Below are positions 36,435 to 45,267 of a stretch of 64,000 nucleotides of DNA, one piece after another. The position numbers were made by a program, and so were the translations under genes. The stretch spans positions 154 through 64,153 of the forward strand of contig JBBQUQ010000004.1 of assembly GCA_038212325.1 (NCBI GenBank). The letters run 5' to 3'. The notes beneath the pieces were generated by a model. The model was given only the letters and a program-made list of their open reading frames with translations. It was not told where the DNA came from and made no database searches. This stretch comes from Bacteroidales bacterium. GTDB lineage: Bacteria > Bacteroidota > Bacteroidia > Bacteroidales > FEN-979. How positions within the stretch are numbered: position 1 is the first letter of the stretch; each line of letters begins with the position of its first letter.

Positions 36435-37439
36435 ATGACGAATGTACTTCTTAAAAGCAGTTTCAGTTTCCCGGGGCAAAAGAGCCTTTACAAAGGAAAA
36501 GTGCGGGATGTGTACAATATCGGCGATGAGCTGCTGGTGATGGTTGCCAGTGACAGGATATCGGCTTTTGATGTTGTTTTGCCGCGGGGGATTCCCTTCA
36601 AGGGACAGGTGCTGAACCAGATCGCCGCCAGGTTCCTGGAGGCAACGGCCGACATCTGCCCCAATTGGATGATCGCCAGCCCCGATCCCAATGTGACCAT
36701 CGGGCGCTTTTGCACGATCTACCCTGTTGAGATGATCATCCGCGGTTACCTTACCGGGAGTTCATGGCGCACCTATCAAAAAGGCAGCCGCGAAATTTGT
36801 GGTGTGCCGGTGCCCGATGGCATGAAAGAGCACCAGCGGTTCCCCGAACCCATCATCACGCCCACCACCAAAGCGGCCGAGGGCCACGACGAGGATATTA
36901 CGGAGGCTGAACTCCTGGCGCAGGGATTGATCCCGGCAGCGGAATATGACCTCATCAAGCAATACACCCGCGCCCTGTTCAACCGTGGCTCAGAGATGGC
37001 CGCTCAGAAGGGGCTGATTCTTGTTGACACCAAATATGAATTCGGGAAGGGGCCTGATGGAAAAATCTACCTCTGCGATGAGATCCACACGCCTGATTCA
37101 TCCCGATATTTCTACCTCGACGGGTATGAACAGCGCCAGGCCGACGGGGAGCAGCAACGTCAGTTGTCGAAGGAATTCGTACGTGAATGGCTGATGGCCA
37201 ATGGGTTCATGGGCAAAGAGGGGCAGCAAGTGCCGGAGATGAGCGACACCTGGATCATGGAGATATCCGATCGGTATATCGAGCTTTATGAAGGCATCAC
37301 AGGAGAAAAATTCAACCGGTCGCAAACAGATAATATCCTTGCCAGGGTGGAAAAAAACATCCTGAACTGGCTGGAGGCCAGGAAGAGCCTAGCGGATTAC
37401 GATGAATCGTTGAGCAGTTGTTGCAGTTCCGGAGATTAA
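36435..37439 (+). CDS. purC: Phosphoribosylaminoimidazole-succinocarboxamide (SAICAR) synthase
   Basis: Family motifs [19 protein letters not shown] and [11 protein letters not shown]. The last ~17 codons overlap the convergent gene. Confidence 0.9.
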   Translation: MTNVLLKSSFSFPGQKSLYKGKVRDVYNIGDELLVMVASDRISAFDVVLPRGIPFKGQVLNQIAARFLEATADICPNWMIASPDPNVTIGRFCTIYPVEMIIRGYLTGSSWRTYQKGSREICGVPVPDGMKEHQRFPEPIITPTTKAAEGHDEDITEAELLAQGLIPAAEYDLIKQYTRALFNRGSEMAAQKGLILVDTKYEFGKGPDGKIYLCDEIHTPDSSRYFYLDGYEQRQADGEQQRQLSKEFVREWLMANGFMGKEGQQVPEMSDTWIMEISDRYIELYEGITGEKFNRSQTDNILARVEKNILNWLEARKSLADYDESLSSCCSSGD

Positions 37440-38504
37440 TTTGCAATAGTAGATACCGGGGGCATACCCCTTTACATCCCAGTCGATTTTATGATACCCT
37501 TCAGCCATGGTGCGGTTGAGCACGGTGTCTCTCAGGATTCCGGCATTATCGTAGATCTGCAGGACGATTGGCGCTGTGTTTTGTGGAATTACGACCGGGA
37601 AACTGACAGTTTGCGAAACAGGGTTCGGAAAAACCGGCAGGAGCCGCGCATGATCGGGGTTATCCTGTTCGGCAATCGCGTTGGGATACATCATTGGGCT
37701 TCCCGCCTGCACCCAGGCTGTGTAAATCAGGCTGGCCAGCGATGCAGAGGCGTTCCGCATCAGCAATTTGGTAAAATCGCCAGTCTTCGCCCATAAGGCC
37801 TGGTAATAGGCATCTGAGCCCACGCCTCCGGCAAGATTTCGGGCATAGATATCGGCCAGCAGAACACTGTCAACATACGCATAATCAGCGTACAGATAAT
37901 CAAATACATACTGACCTACCTCCGGGATGAATTGTGCCGGATCGGCAGGGTAAACAATCTGCGTTTCATATTTGGCCACCATGGTCGACTCGTACCGCGA
38001 ATGAATATCGGTCTGTCCGGTGAACTGACCGTTATAGTTCCTCGTTATGTGCAGGGGCATGTGCCCGTCGCCCACGTAGTGACCAAGGTCGGCAGCAAAC
38101 ATGGCCGACCTGTTCCAGTCGAGCCGCTGAAAACAGCTTCTCAGGGAGTCGAAGGTTGTCATGGCAGCCCACGGCAGCACCCCCTGGTCAATCACGAAGG
38201 CAACGCCGAACTCTGCCACAACGGAATCATAGGTTTGTGGGATGCGGCCGGTTTGCATGAAAACCGGGTAGTTGTCGATGTCGATGTAATGGCGGGGTTT
38301 CTCGTCGGGGTCCTGGTCTTTACGGTAGTCGGCATCCGAGGCGTGGGACATCACATAGTTGGTCCAGGTTGGTTTCAGGAACGACATTTCGGCCGGCAGG
38401 CAGGCGGCCATGTTCTGGCTTATCTTCCGGTGCCCCTTCGATCCCCAGCTTGAAAGCCCGAGGCAAAGTAAAATCAGTGAAACAGTGTATAGGGTATTTT
38501 TCAT
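37389..38504 (-). CDS. S1/P1-type zinc nuclease with T9SS C-terminal sorting domain
   Basis: The mature N-terminus [10 protein letters not shown] matches the WGxxGH motif. PRHYIDID and [12 protein letters not shown] are zinc-ligand motifs. The C-terminal tail is [11 protein letters not shown]...[22 protein letters not shown]. Confidence 0.7.
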   Translation of the reverse strand: MKNTLYTVSLILLCLGLSSWGSKGHRKISQNMAACLPAEMSFLKPTWTNYVMSHASDADYRKDQDPDEKPRHYIDIDNYPVFMQTGRIPQTYDSVVAEFGVAFVIDQGVLPWAAMTTFDSLRSCFQRLDWNRSAMFAADLGHYVGDGHMPLHITRNYNGQFTGQTDIHSRYESTMVAKYETQIVYPADPAQFIPEVGQYVFDYLYADYAYVDSVLLADIYARNLAGGVGSDAYYQALWAKTGDFTKLLMRNASASLASLIYTAWVQAGSPMMYPNAIAEQDNPDHARLLPVFPNPVSQTVSFPVVIPQNTAPIVLQIYDNAGILRDTVLNRTMAEGYHKIDWDVKGYAPGIYYCKLISGTATTAQRFIVIR

Positions 38505-39370
38505 TCGAACGCAGTTAAGAGGGTTTCTAAATCTTCAATTTTTTCGGTATCGCCAGTTTTTTGGTACGAGAATATCAGGTTGTTGATCAACCGCCGGATG
38601 ATGTCGGGATTGCTGCAGGGTGTAAAGAACGACTTTTCCGGTTTGATTTTCATCTGCCCGATGAACAATTCTATTTCACGCCGTGTAAACACGGCTCCCT
38701 GGTTAAAAGGATTGATGTAAAAAAACACATCATGCTCCCCGGGATTCTCAATCACAGTGCCGGTGAGGTAAGCCAGGATAAAATGCTGCGGCAGGTTTAC
38801 ACCATATACCGGCAGCCCCAGTTTTTGCGCCAGGATGATAAAAAGCATCCCCAGGGATAAAGGGCTCCCCTTCTTGCTTTCAAACAGCGTGTTGATGTAG
38901 CTGTTCTGAGGCGCGGCCAGGTCGCTCTTGTTTCCGTCGAAATGATGGATATCAAACAGTATATGATTCAACACTTTAATATTTTCAAGGGCTGTCAGGT
39001 TTTCATGAAGCTCTATCCATATGTCCATCTTCAGCTGCTCGACCCTGATAATGACCTCTTTCTCATCCAGCTCCGGGTACCCGATTTTGGTTACCAGGAT
39101 GAATCCATTCAGCAAATCGGAGGAGCCGGTATTCAGCCAGTTTGAAAATTCTTGCGCGAGGTCATCCCGTTTCAATGTTCTGACGAGGGCCTGGATGCGC
39201 TCCTGCAGAGTAGTGTTGAACGTATTTTCGAGGGCCTGTTGCAAGGGTTCGATGGCATCCATTCCCTGCAACAATACCTGTTCGCGGATCAGGTCGTATG
39301 CCGTTTCATCCGGTTCATCCAACAGGTTGATCAGGGCAGCCAGGGTGGTATTTTCGGGGGGTCGGGTCAT
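38501..39370 (-). CDS. SirB1-like transglutaminase-fold/TPR family protein
   Basis: The block NSYINTLFESKKGSPLSLGMLFIILAQKLGLPVYGVNLPQHFILAY matches the Transglut_core2/SirB1 pattern. The start is set at 39370 because of an ATGA overlap with the upstream stop. Confidence 0.6.
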   Translation of the reverse strand: MTRPPENTTLAALINLLDEPDETAYDLIREQVLLQGMDAIEPLQQALENTFNTTLQERIQALVRTLKRDDLAQEFSNWLNTGSSDLLNGFILVTKIGYPELDEKEVIIRVEQLKMDIWIELHENLTALENIKVLNHILFDIHHFDGNKSDLAAPQNSYINTLFESKKGSPLSLGMLFIILAQKLGLPVYGVNLPQHFILAYLTGTVIENPGEHDVFFYINPFNQGAVFTRREIELFIGQMKIKPEKSFFTPCSNPDIIRRLINNLIFSYQKTGDTEKIEDLETLLTAFE

Positions 39371-40245
39371 GGTTGATGGGTAATGCAATCCAACACCATG
39401 GCAATCAGTTTGTTTACCGCGGTTTTATGGTCAGGGTTGTAATCGCCGGTTGCACGGTTGGCAATGACGGCGCATATGGTAACGGTTTCATGTCCCATCA
39501 GTTTGCCAAGACCGTATATTGCGGAGGTCTCCATCTCGAAATTAACGATGCGGTGCCCGTCGTGCCTGAAATTCCGGAGTTTCGTGACCATGTCGGGGTC
39601 GGTGAGCGGAAGCCGCAGGAAGCGGCCCTGGGGACCGTAAAACCCGGGTGCCGTAACCGTGATGCCCGCCACAGATCCCGGCCTGAGCAACTCGACCAGA
39701 CGGTCGGAGCCTTTGATAAAGTAGGGCTTCGACAACTCATTCGGCCAGTTCGCGTATGCCGCGAATGCATCGGTAAGTTCGTGGTCGATGATCGCCTGTG
39801 CTCCTTTATAAAAATAGAGCAGGTTATCCAGGCCGGCGGCATGGGTCGACAATGCGAAACTGTCGACCGGCACATCGGGCTGAATAGCGCCTGAGGTTCC
39901 CAGGCGTATGATGGTCAGAGATCGGTGAACCGGCTTCTGGCTCCTGGTCTGCAGGTCGAAATTGGCCAGTGCATCCAGTTCATGCATCACGATGTCACAA
40001 TTGTCGGTACCGATCCCGGTCGACAGGGCGGTGATCCGCTTTCCCTGGTAATATCCTGTTTGCGAAACAAATTCGCGGTTGGAGGCGCGATGGTCGATCC
40101 CGGTGAAATGTTCGGAAATATCGAAAACCCGTTGCGGATCACCAACAACGATCACTGTATCGGCAAGGTCTTCGGGCTTCATGCATATATGGTAAACACT
40201 GCCATTGTTGTTTACGATAAGATCCGGAGCTGCGAGTGAAGGCAT
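39367..40245 (-). CDS. Nucleoside phosphorylase (PNP/UDP family)
   Basis: Family blocks VIVVGDPQRV, STGIGTDN and NFEMETSAIYGL. Confidence 0.65.
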   Translation of the reverse strand: MPSLAAPDLIVNNNGSVYHICMKPEDLADTVIVVGDPQRVFDISEHFTGIDHRASNREFVSQTGYYQGKRITALSTGIGTDNCDIVMHELDALANFDLQTRSQKPVHRSLTIIRLGTSGAIQPDVPVDSFALSTHAAGLDNLLYFYKGAQAIIDHELTDAFAAYANWPNELSKPYFIKGSDRLVELLRPGSVAGITVTAPGFYGPQGRFLRLPLTDPDMVTKLRNFRHDGHRIVNFEMETSAIYGLGKLMGHETVTICAVIANRATGDYNPDHKTAVNKLIAMVLDCITHQP

Positions 40246-40257
40246 GATTTTTTTTTA

Positions 40258-40265
40258 CAAAGGTA
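40258..40265 (-). promoter_or_regulatory. -7 box (TACCTTTG) for the phosphorylase operon
   Basis: The reverse complement of caaaggta matches TAnnTTTG, 12 nt upstream of the ATG at 40245. Confidence 0.45.
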
Positions 40266-40331
40266 ACAAATAAGGCAATCCGTCGGGGATGTACCCCTCC
40301 ATAACCAATAACCTTGCAACGCCATTTTAAC

Positions 40332-40339
40332 TAACTTTG
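40332..40339 (+). promoter_or_regulatory. -7 box (TAACTTTG) for cinA
   Basis: Matches TAnnTTTG and ends only 4 nt before the ATG at 40344, which implies a leaderless or near-leaderless mRNA. Confidence 0.45.
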
Positions 40340-40343
40340 CAGG

Positions 40344-41594
40344 ATGAATGCAGAGATTATCAACATCGGCGACGAACTGCTGATCGGCCAGGTTGTCAAC
40401 ACCAATGCTGCCTGGATGGCGGAGCATTTGAATCTTTCGGGAATCAGGGTATTTCAGTTTACCGTGATCAGCGACTTGCGCAGCCACATTTTACAGGCGC
40501 TTGCCGACGCAGAAAAACGGGCAGAAATTATTTTGATCTCAGGCGGCATCGGTCCCACAAAAGACGATATCACCAAGCACACCCTTTGCGAATATTTCAA
40601 CACCCGCCTTGCATTCAATGAGGCGGCTTACCGCGATGTGGAGGCGATGTTTGCCTGCCGCGGCTACCCGGTCACTGAACTCAACCGGCAACAGGCCGAA
40701 CTCCCTGAAAGCTGCACCGGCATCCCCAATAAACTTGGAACAGCCCGGGGCATGTGGTTCGAGAAGGAGCGCCCTGGCGGGGGGAAGACAATTTTCGTAT
40801 CCATGCCGGGCGTGCCGTTTGAGATGAAGGCCATGATGACCGAGCATGTGATCCCGCTGTTGAAAGGAATTTTCAAGACCCCCTTCATTTATCATAAAAC
40901 ACTGCTGACGCAAGGAATCGGAGAATCATTCCTGGCAGCACAAATCGAATCGTGGGAGAATTCATTACCTGCAGGCATCAAGCTGGCATACCTTCCCCAG
41001 CCCGGCATCGTCAGGCTGCGTCTGACGGGCGAGGGGGCAAACGAGGGGATCCTGCGCCGGCAGGTTGATGCGGAAATTTTGAAATTGCAGGCACTGATCC
41101 CCGACTACTTTTTCGGGTATGACAATGAAACCCTTGAGATGATCGTCGGGCGACTCCTGAAAGAGAAACAGGCCACCCTCGCCACCGCCGAAAGCTGCAC
41201 CGGAGGCGCCATCGCACAGATGATCACCTCGGTGCCAGGAAGTTCGGCATATTATAAAGGATCGGTCGTCGCCTATGCCAACTCCATCAAAGAGCATGTT
41301 CTGGGGGTGCGCGCTGAGAGCATCGAAAAATATGGCGCGGTAAGCAAACAGGTAGTCACTGAAATGGCTATTTCGCTGCAGTCGAGATTCGATGCCGACT
41401 ACGCAATCGCCACCTCGGGAATCGCCGGGCCTGATGGCGGATCCCCTGAAAAGCCAGTCGGAACAACATGGATTGCCATTGCCGCGCCGGATGAAGTTTT
41501 CGCGTCGCATTTTCTTTTCGGCGACAGTCGCGACCGAAACATACGCCGCACGGCGTTGCAGGCGTTGAGCATGTTGCGGAGGAAGTTGTTGTAG
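40344..41594 (+). CDS. cinA: CinA-family protein (MoCF-binding domain plus PncC-type NMN deamidase domain)
   Basis: MNAEIINIGDELLIGQVVNTNA is the canonical N-terminus. The C-terminal block TAESCTGGAIAQ...GTTWIA is present. Confidence 0.9.
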   Translation: MNAEIINIGDELLIGQVVNTNAAWMAEHLNLSGIRVFQFTVISDLRSHILQALADAEKRAEIILISGGIGPTKDDITKHTLCEYFNTRLAFNEAAYRDVEAMFACRGYPVTELNRQQAELPESCTGIPNKLGTARGMWFEKERPGGGKTIFVSMPGVPFEMKAMMTEHVIPLLKGIFKTPFIYHKTLLTQGIGESFLAAQIESWENSLPAGIKLAYLPQPGIVRLRLTGEGANEGILRRQVDAEILKLQALIPDYFFGYDNETLEMIVGRLLKEKQATLATAESCTGGAIAQMITSVPGSSAYYKGSVVAYANSIKEHVLGVRAESIEKYGAVSKQVVTEMAISLQSRFDADYAIATSGIAGPDGGSPEKPVGTTWIAIAAPDEVFASHFLFGDSRDRNIRRTALQALSMLRRKLL

Positions 41595-41596
41595 GG

Positions 41597-41650
41597 TCAC
41601 GCGTCGCAGGCGCGCGCCAATCCGATCACGCGTCGCAGACACGCGCCCAT
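41597..41650. repeat. GC-rich ~29-nt repeat, about 2 tandem copies
   Basis: tcacgcgtcgcaggcgcgcgccaatccga followed by tcacgcgtcgcagacacgcgcccat. The repeat begins 3 nt after the cinA stop codon. Confidence 0.9.
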
Positions 41651-41673
41651 TAAAATTGTTTTTCAGAAGATTC

Positions 41674-41704
41674 TTTGTGATTTAAAATAAAAGGTCTATC
41701 TTTG
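41674..41704 (+). promoter_or_regulatory. Bacteroidota promoter of rpmB (-33 TTTG, 19-nt spacer, -7 TATCTTTG)
   Basis: TTTG at 41674-41677 and TATCTTTG at 41697-41704. The ATG lies 37 nt downstream. Confidence 0.6.
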
Positions 41705-41741
41705 CACTCCATTTTGAAATACCATTCTAATAAGAATAGCC

Positions 41742-41981
41742 ATGGCAAGGATTTGTGAAATTACCGGAAAGATTGCAATCAAAGGGCATAAAGTCTCTCA
41801 TTCCAATAAGAAATCAAAACGTTGGTTCAGTCCGAACATCCAAAGCAAGACATTTTTTGTAGAGGAGGAAAACCGCGAAATAAAATTAAAAGTATCTGCT
41901 GAAGGATTGCGTCACATGAACAAAAAAGGCGTTTATGTGTGCATCAAGGAAGCGCGGGAAAAAGGATACCTGACCAAGTAA
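41742..41981 (+). CDS. rpmB: 50S ribosomal protein L28
   Basis: MARICEITGKIAIKGHKVSHSNKKSKRWFSPNIQ is an unmistakable L28 sequence. Length 79 aa. Confidence 0.95.
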   Translation: MARICEITGKIAIKGHKVSHSNKKSKRWFSPNIQSKTFFVEEENREIKLKVSAEGLRHMNKKGVYVCIKEAREKGYLTK

Positions 41982-42000
41982 GTATTTTTCATGGGTAAAA

Positions 42001-42032
42001 ATGCTGTTACCGATGTAACAGCATTTTTTTTG
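42001..42032 (+). terminator. Rho-independent terminator of rpmB
   Basis: A 10-bp perfect stem (atgctgttac / gtaacagcat), loop cgat, then TTTTTTTT. Confidence 0.85.
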
Positions 42033-42098
42033 CCTTTAACCTAACAAAATAAGCCTGGCGATTTTACGTTATCATATCATATGAACAACTAGCCGAGA

Positions 42099-42758
42099 AT
42101 GAAAAAGAGCCTGTGGTATTTGGTTGCAACACTCATCTTCCTTCTTTCCGGTAATTTATTAAAGGCGCAGGATCTAAACGATGACATCAGCCTGATTCAA
42201 TTCTCGGGCATGACCATCACCGCCGACAGCTTAAATCCGGTACCCTACACAAAAATTCTCGACATCTCCAGCCATCGCGGAACAACGACAGATGTAAGCG
42301 GGTATTTCTCCTTTGTCGCTCATAAAAAGGATACCGTCGTATTCACGGCGGTCGGATTCAAGCCGGCCTCTTTCATCATCCCCGACACCATTACGAAACA
42401 AAGATATTCGCTCATTCAGTTGATGCGGGCCGACACCCTCACGCTGGCGGAGGCCATTATTTTTCCGTGGCCTACCCTCGAAGAATTCAAACGGGCATTC
42501 ATTGAGTTAAAAATCCCGGACGACGACCTTGAGATTGCCCGTAAAAACCTGCTTGCTGCCGACATCCGTATGATGGCCGAAAATTATCCCATGGATGCCT
42601 CCATGAACTATCGGAATTACATCGACAACCAGACAAGCAAGCTATACTATTTCGGGCAGCAGCAGCCCATCAGCATTTTAAACCCTTTTGCATGGGCTAA
42701 ATTCATCAAAGCCTGGAAAGAGGGAAAATTCAGGTCCCAGAAAGAACGGCTGAAATAA
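42099..42758 (+). CDS. Carboxypeptidase-regulatory-like domain protein
   Basis: A signal peptide is followed by FSGMTITADSLNPVPYTKILDISSHRGTTTDVSGYFSFVAHKKDTVVFTAVGFKP, which matches the CarbopepD_reg pattern. Confidence 0.55.
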   Translation: MKKSLWYLVATLIFLLSGNLLKAQDLNDDISLIQFSGMTITADSLNPVPYTKILDISSHRGTTTDVSGYFSFVAHKKDTVVFTAVGFKPASFIIPDTITKQRYSLIQLMRADTLTLAEAIIFPWPTLEEFKRAFIELKIPDDDLEIARKNLLAADIRMMAENYPMDASMNYRNYIDNQTSKLYYFGQQQPISILNPFAWAKFIKAWKEGKFRSQKERLK

Positions 42759-42767
42759 CATCCTGCC

Positions 42768-45191
42768 TTGAAAAAAACTGCATATACCGCCCTATTGTTC
42801 CTGCTCCTGTCCGTTTCATCGGCCTTTGCGCAGCAAGGTGTTATATCGGGCGTGGTGAGAGGCCAGGAAAACCAGCCGCTGCAGTTTGTCAATATCGCCG
42901 TAAAAGGCACTACTGCCGGGGCGACAACAGCAAAGGACGGAAAATTCGAATTGTCAGTTCCTGCGAACCAGGATATTGTGATTTTATTCTCCTATATCGG
43001 GTATGAGTCCGATTCGCTCAAGGTAAGGGTTGCCGAGAATGAGCGGAAGCAGATAGACTACACGCTGATTCAGGCATCCACACAGCTTGAATCCATCGAA
43101 GTCAAAGACCAGCAATTGCGCACAAACACCTTCAGCCGACTCGATCCGAAGGTTCTCACCCTCATCCCCACCATCAATGCCAGCGTAGAAGATTTGATAA
43201 AAACCATGCCGGGGGTCTCCTCCCGCAACGAAATGAGCTCCCAGTATTCAGTGCGCGGCGGCAACTTTGATGAAAACCTGGTGTTCGTGAACGACATCGA
43301 AATCTACCGGCCTTTCCTGGTCAGGTCGGGACAGCAGGAGGGACAGAGCTTCCTGAATCCCGACCTAGTATCAGGCATCTCTTTCTCTTCAGGCGGATTT
43401 GAAGCAAAATACGGCGACAAGATGTCGTCGGTGCTTGACATAAAATATAAAAAGCCATCTGATTTTGCCGCCTCCTGCGATATCAGCCTGCTGGGCGCTT
43501 CGGCCCACGTGGAGGGAATGTTCACCAAAAAGCTCTCCTATCTCCTTGGAACACGCTATAAAAGCACCACCTATCTCCTCCAGGGCCTCGATACCAAAGG
43601 AAATTACAAACCCCTGTTTTTCGACATCCAGGGGATGCTTAACTATGAGATCAGCAAGCAGTGGGAGATCTCTGTGTTGGGAACCTTCACCGACAATACC
43701 TACAAACTGACGCCCGAGTCGCAGGAGACCAACTTCGGCACACTCGACGAAGCGTACCGGATCCAGATGTACTTCGACGGGCGTGAGTCGGATCTTTACC
43801 AGAGCTGGCTTTCGGCCGTAACCCTCACCTACAAGCCGGCGCCGAACATCCGCCTGAAGCTGATCTCTTCAACCTACACGACCTATGAGGCGGAAACGTT
43901 CGATATTTCTGCCGAATACTGGCTCGGAAAGCTGGAAGTCTTCCAGGGCAGCAGCCAGGGCGAGATCACCGAGATCATGGGGGTGGGATCATACCTTCAG
44001 CATGCCCGCAATTACCTCGATGGCAAGGTATATAACGTTGAACACCGAGGCATCTGGGAAATATCAATCAGCAACATGGCCTGGGGGATCTAATACCAGC
44101 ACGAGAATTTCGATTACACCATCAATGAATGGGAACTGCAGGACTCTGCCGGCTACTCTATTCCCCGCCCTCCCGATATCCTCGGATCGCCTGATCCGCC
44201 CCACCAGGATTTTATCATCTATAACCTCCTCAGCAACAAGAATACCGTGACCACAAACCGCCTCTCAGCATTTTTGCAGGACACCTGGACCTTTAAAAAC
44301 CAGAAGAACGACATCGCCCTCACGGCAGGACTGCGCACCATCTATTATGATTTCAATGGTCAGTTCCTGCTGAATCCGAGGGCGAACCTCTCGTTCAAGC
44401 CACACTGGAAGCATGAAACTGTTTTCAGGCTTTCTGCCGGTTCTTATTCCCAGCCGCCGACTTTCCGCGAAATGGCCGATCTCCAGGGAAATATCGTTCC
44501 GGGGCTTAAGGCGCAAACAACCATAGCCGTAGTCGCCGGCAGTGATTACTACTTCAAGGCCTGGGGCCGCCCATTTAAATTTGTTGCGGAGACCTACTAT
44601 AAATATATCAAAGATCTCATCCCTTACGAGATCGACAACATGAAGATCAGGTACTACGGCACAAACGACGCCCATGGCTATGCAGCCGGCATCGATTTCA
44701 GGGTAAACGGCGAATTTGTAAAAGGCGCAGAATCATGGGCAAGCCTGTCGTTCCTTAAAACCGAAGAGTACTTCCAGGGATCCTGGACCCCGCGGCCTAC
44801 CGACCAGCGGGTAAACCTGGCCATTTTCTTCCAGGATTACATTCCCGGCTTCCCGACCTGGAAAATGAATCTTACCCTGGTTTACGGATCGGGGCTGCCC
44901 TTCGGACCGCCCGATTCGCCCCGAAGCAAACAAACCCTGCGTATGCCTCCCTACCGGCGCGTGGATATCGGCCTGTCAAAGCAACTGATCGGGCCGCAGA
45001 CAAATTTTTCGGCGAAAAACCCGCTCCGGGCCTTTGAATCGCTGTGGATATCGCTCGATGTGTTCAACCTGCTGCAGTTCAGCAATACCATCTCCTATCT
45101 CTGGGTTACCGACATCAACGGAACGGAATATGCCGTGCCGAATTACCTGACGCCCAGAACATTCAATCTCAAGTTAAGCGCCAGGTTTTAA
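42768..45191 (+). pseudogene. TonB-dependent receptor (CarbopepD_reg, plug and beta-barrel) interrupted by one in-frame TAA at 44091-44093
   Basis: ORFs 42768-44093 and 44247-45191 are in the same frame, and the 51 codons between them contain no stop. The sequence reads WGI-TAA-YQHENFDYTINEWELQDSAGYSIP. N-terminus GVISGVVRGQENQPLQFVNIAVKG; plug block SVRGGNFDENLVFVNDIEIY; C-terminal LKLSARF. TTG start. Confidence 0.7.
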
Positions 45192-45262
45192 AATGGTGAA
45201 ATGGTGAAATGGTGAAATGATGAAATGGTGAAATGGTGAAATGGCGAAATGGCGAAATGGTG
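45191..45262. repeat. Tandem 8-nt word array, AAATGGTG x9 (variants AAATGATG and AAATGGCG)
   Basis: Nine contiguous 8-mers occupy nearly all of the 76-nt spacer between convergent stop codons (45189-45191 and 45268-45270). Confidence 0.95.
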
Positions 45263-45267
45263 GGTTT

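Noticed and set aside
44091-44093. TAA reassignment or programmed recoding as the explanation for the in-frame stop.
   Set aside because: TAA terminates well-defined genes in the same window, for example gdhA at 29530-29532 and rpmB at 41979-41981. A nonsense mutation or a sequencing error is the simpler explanation.
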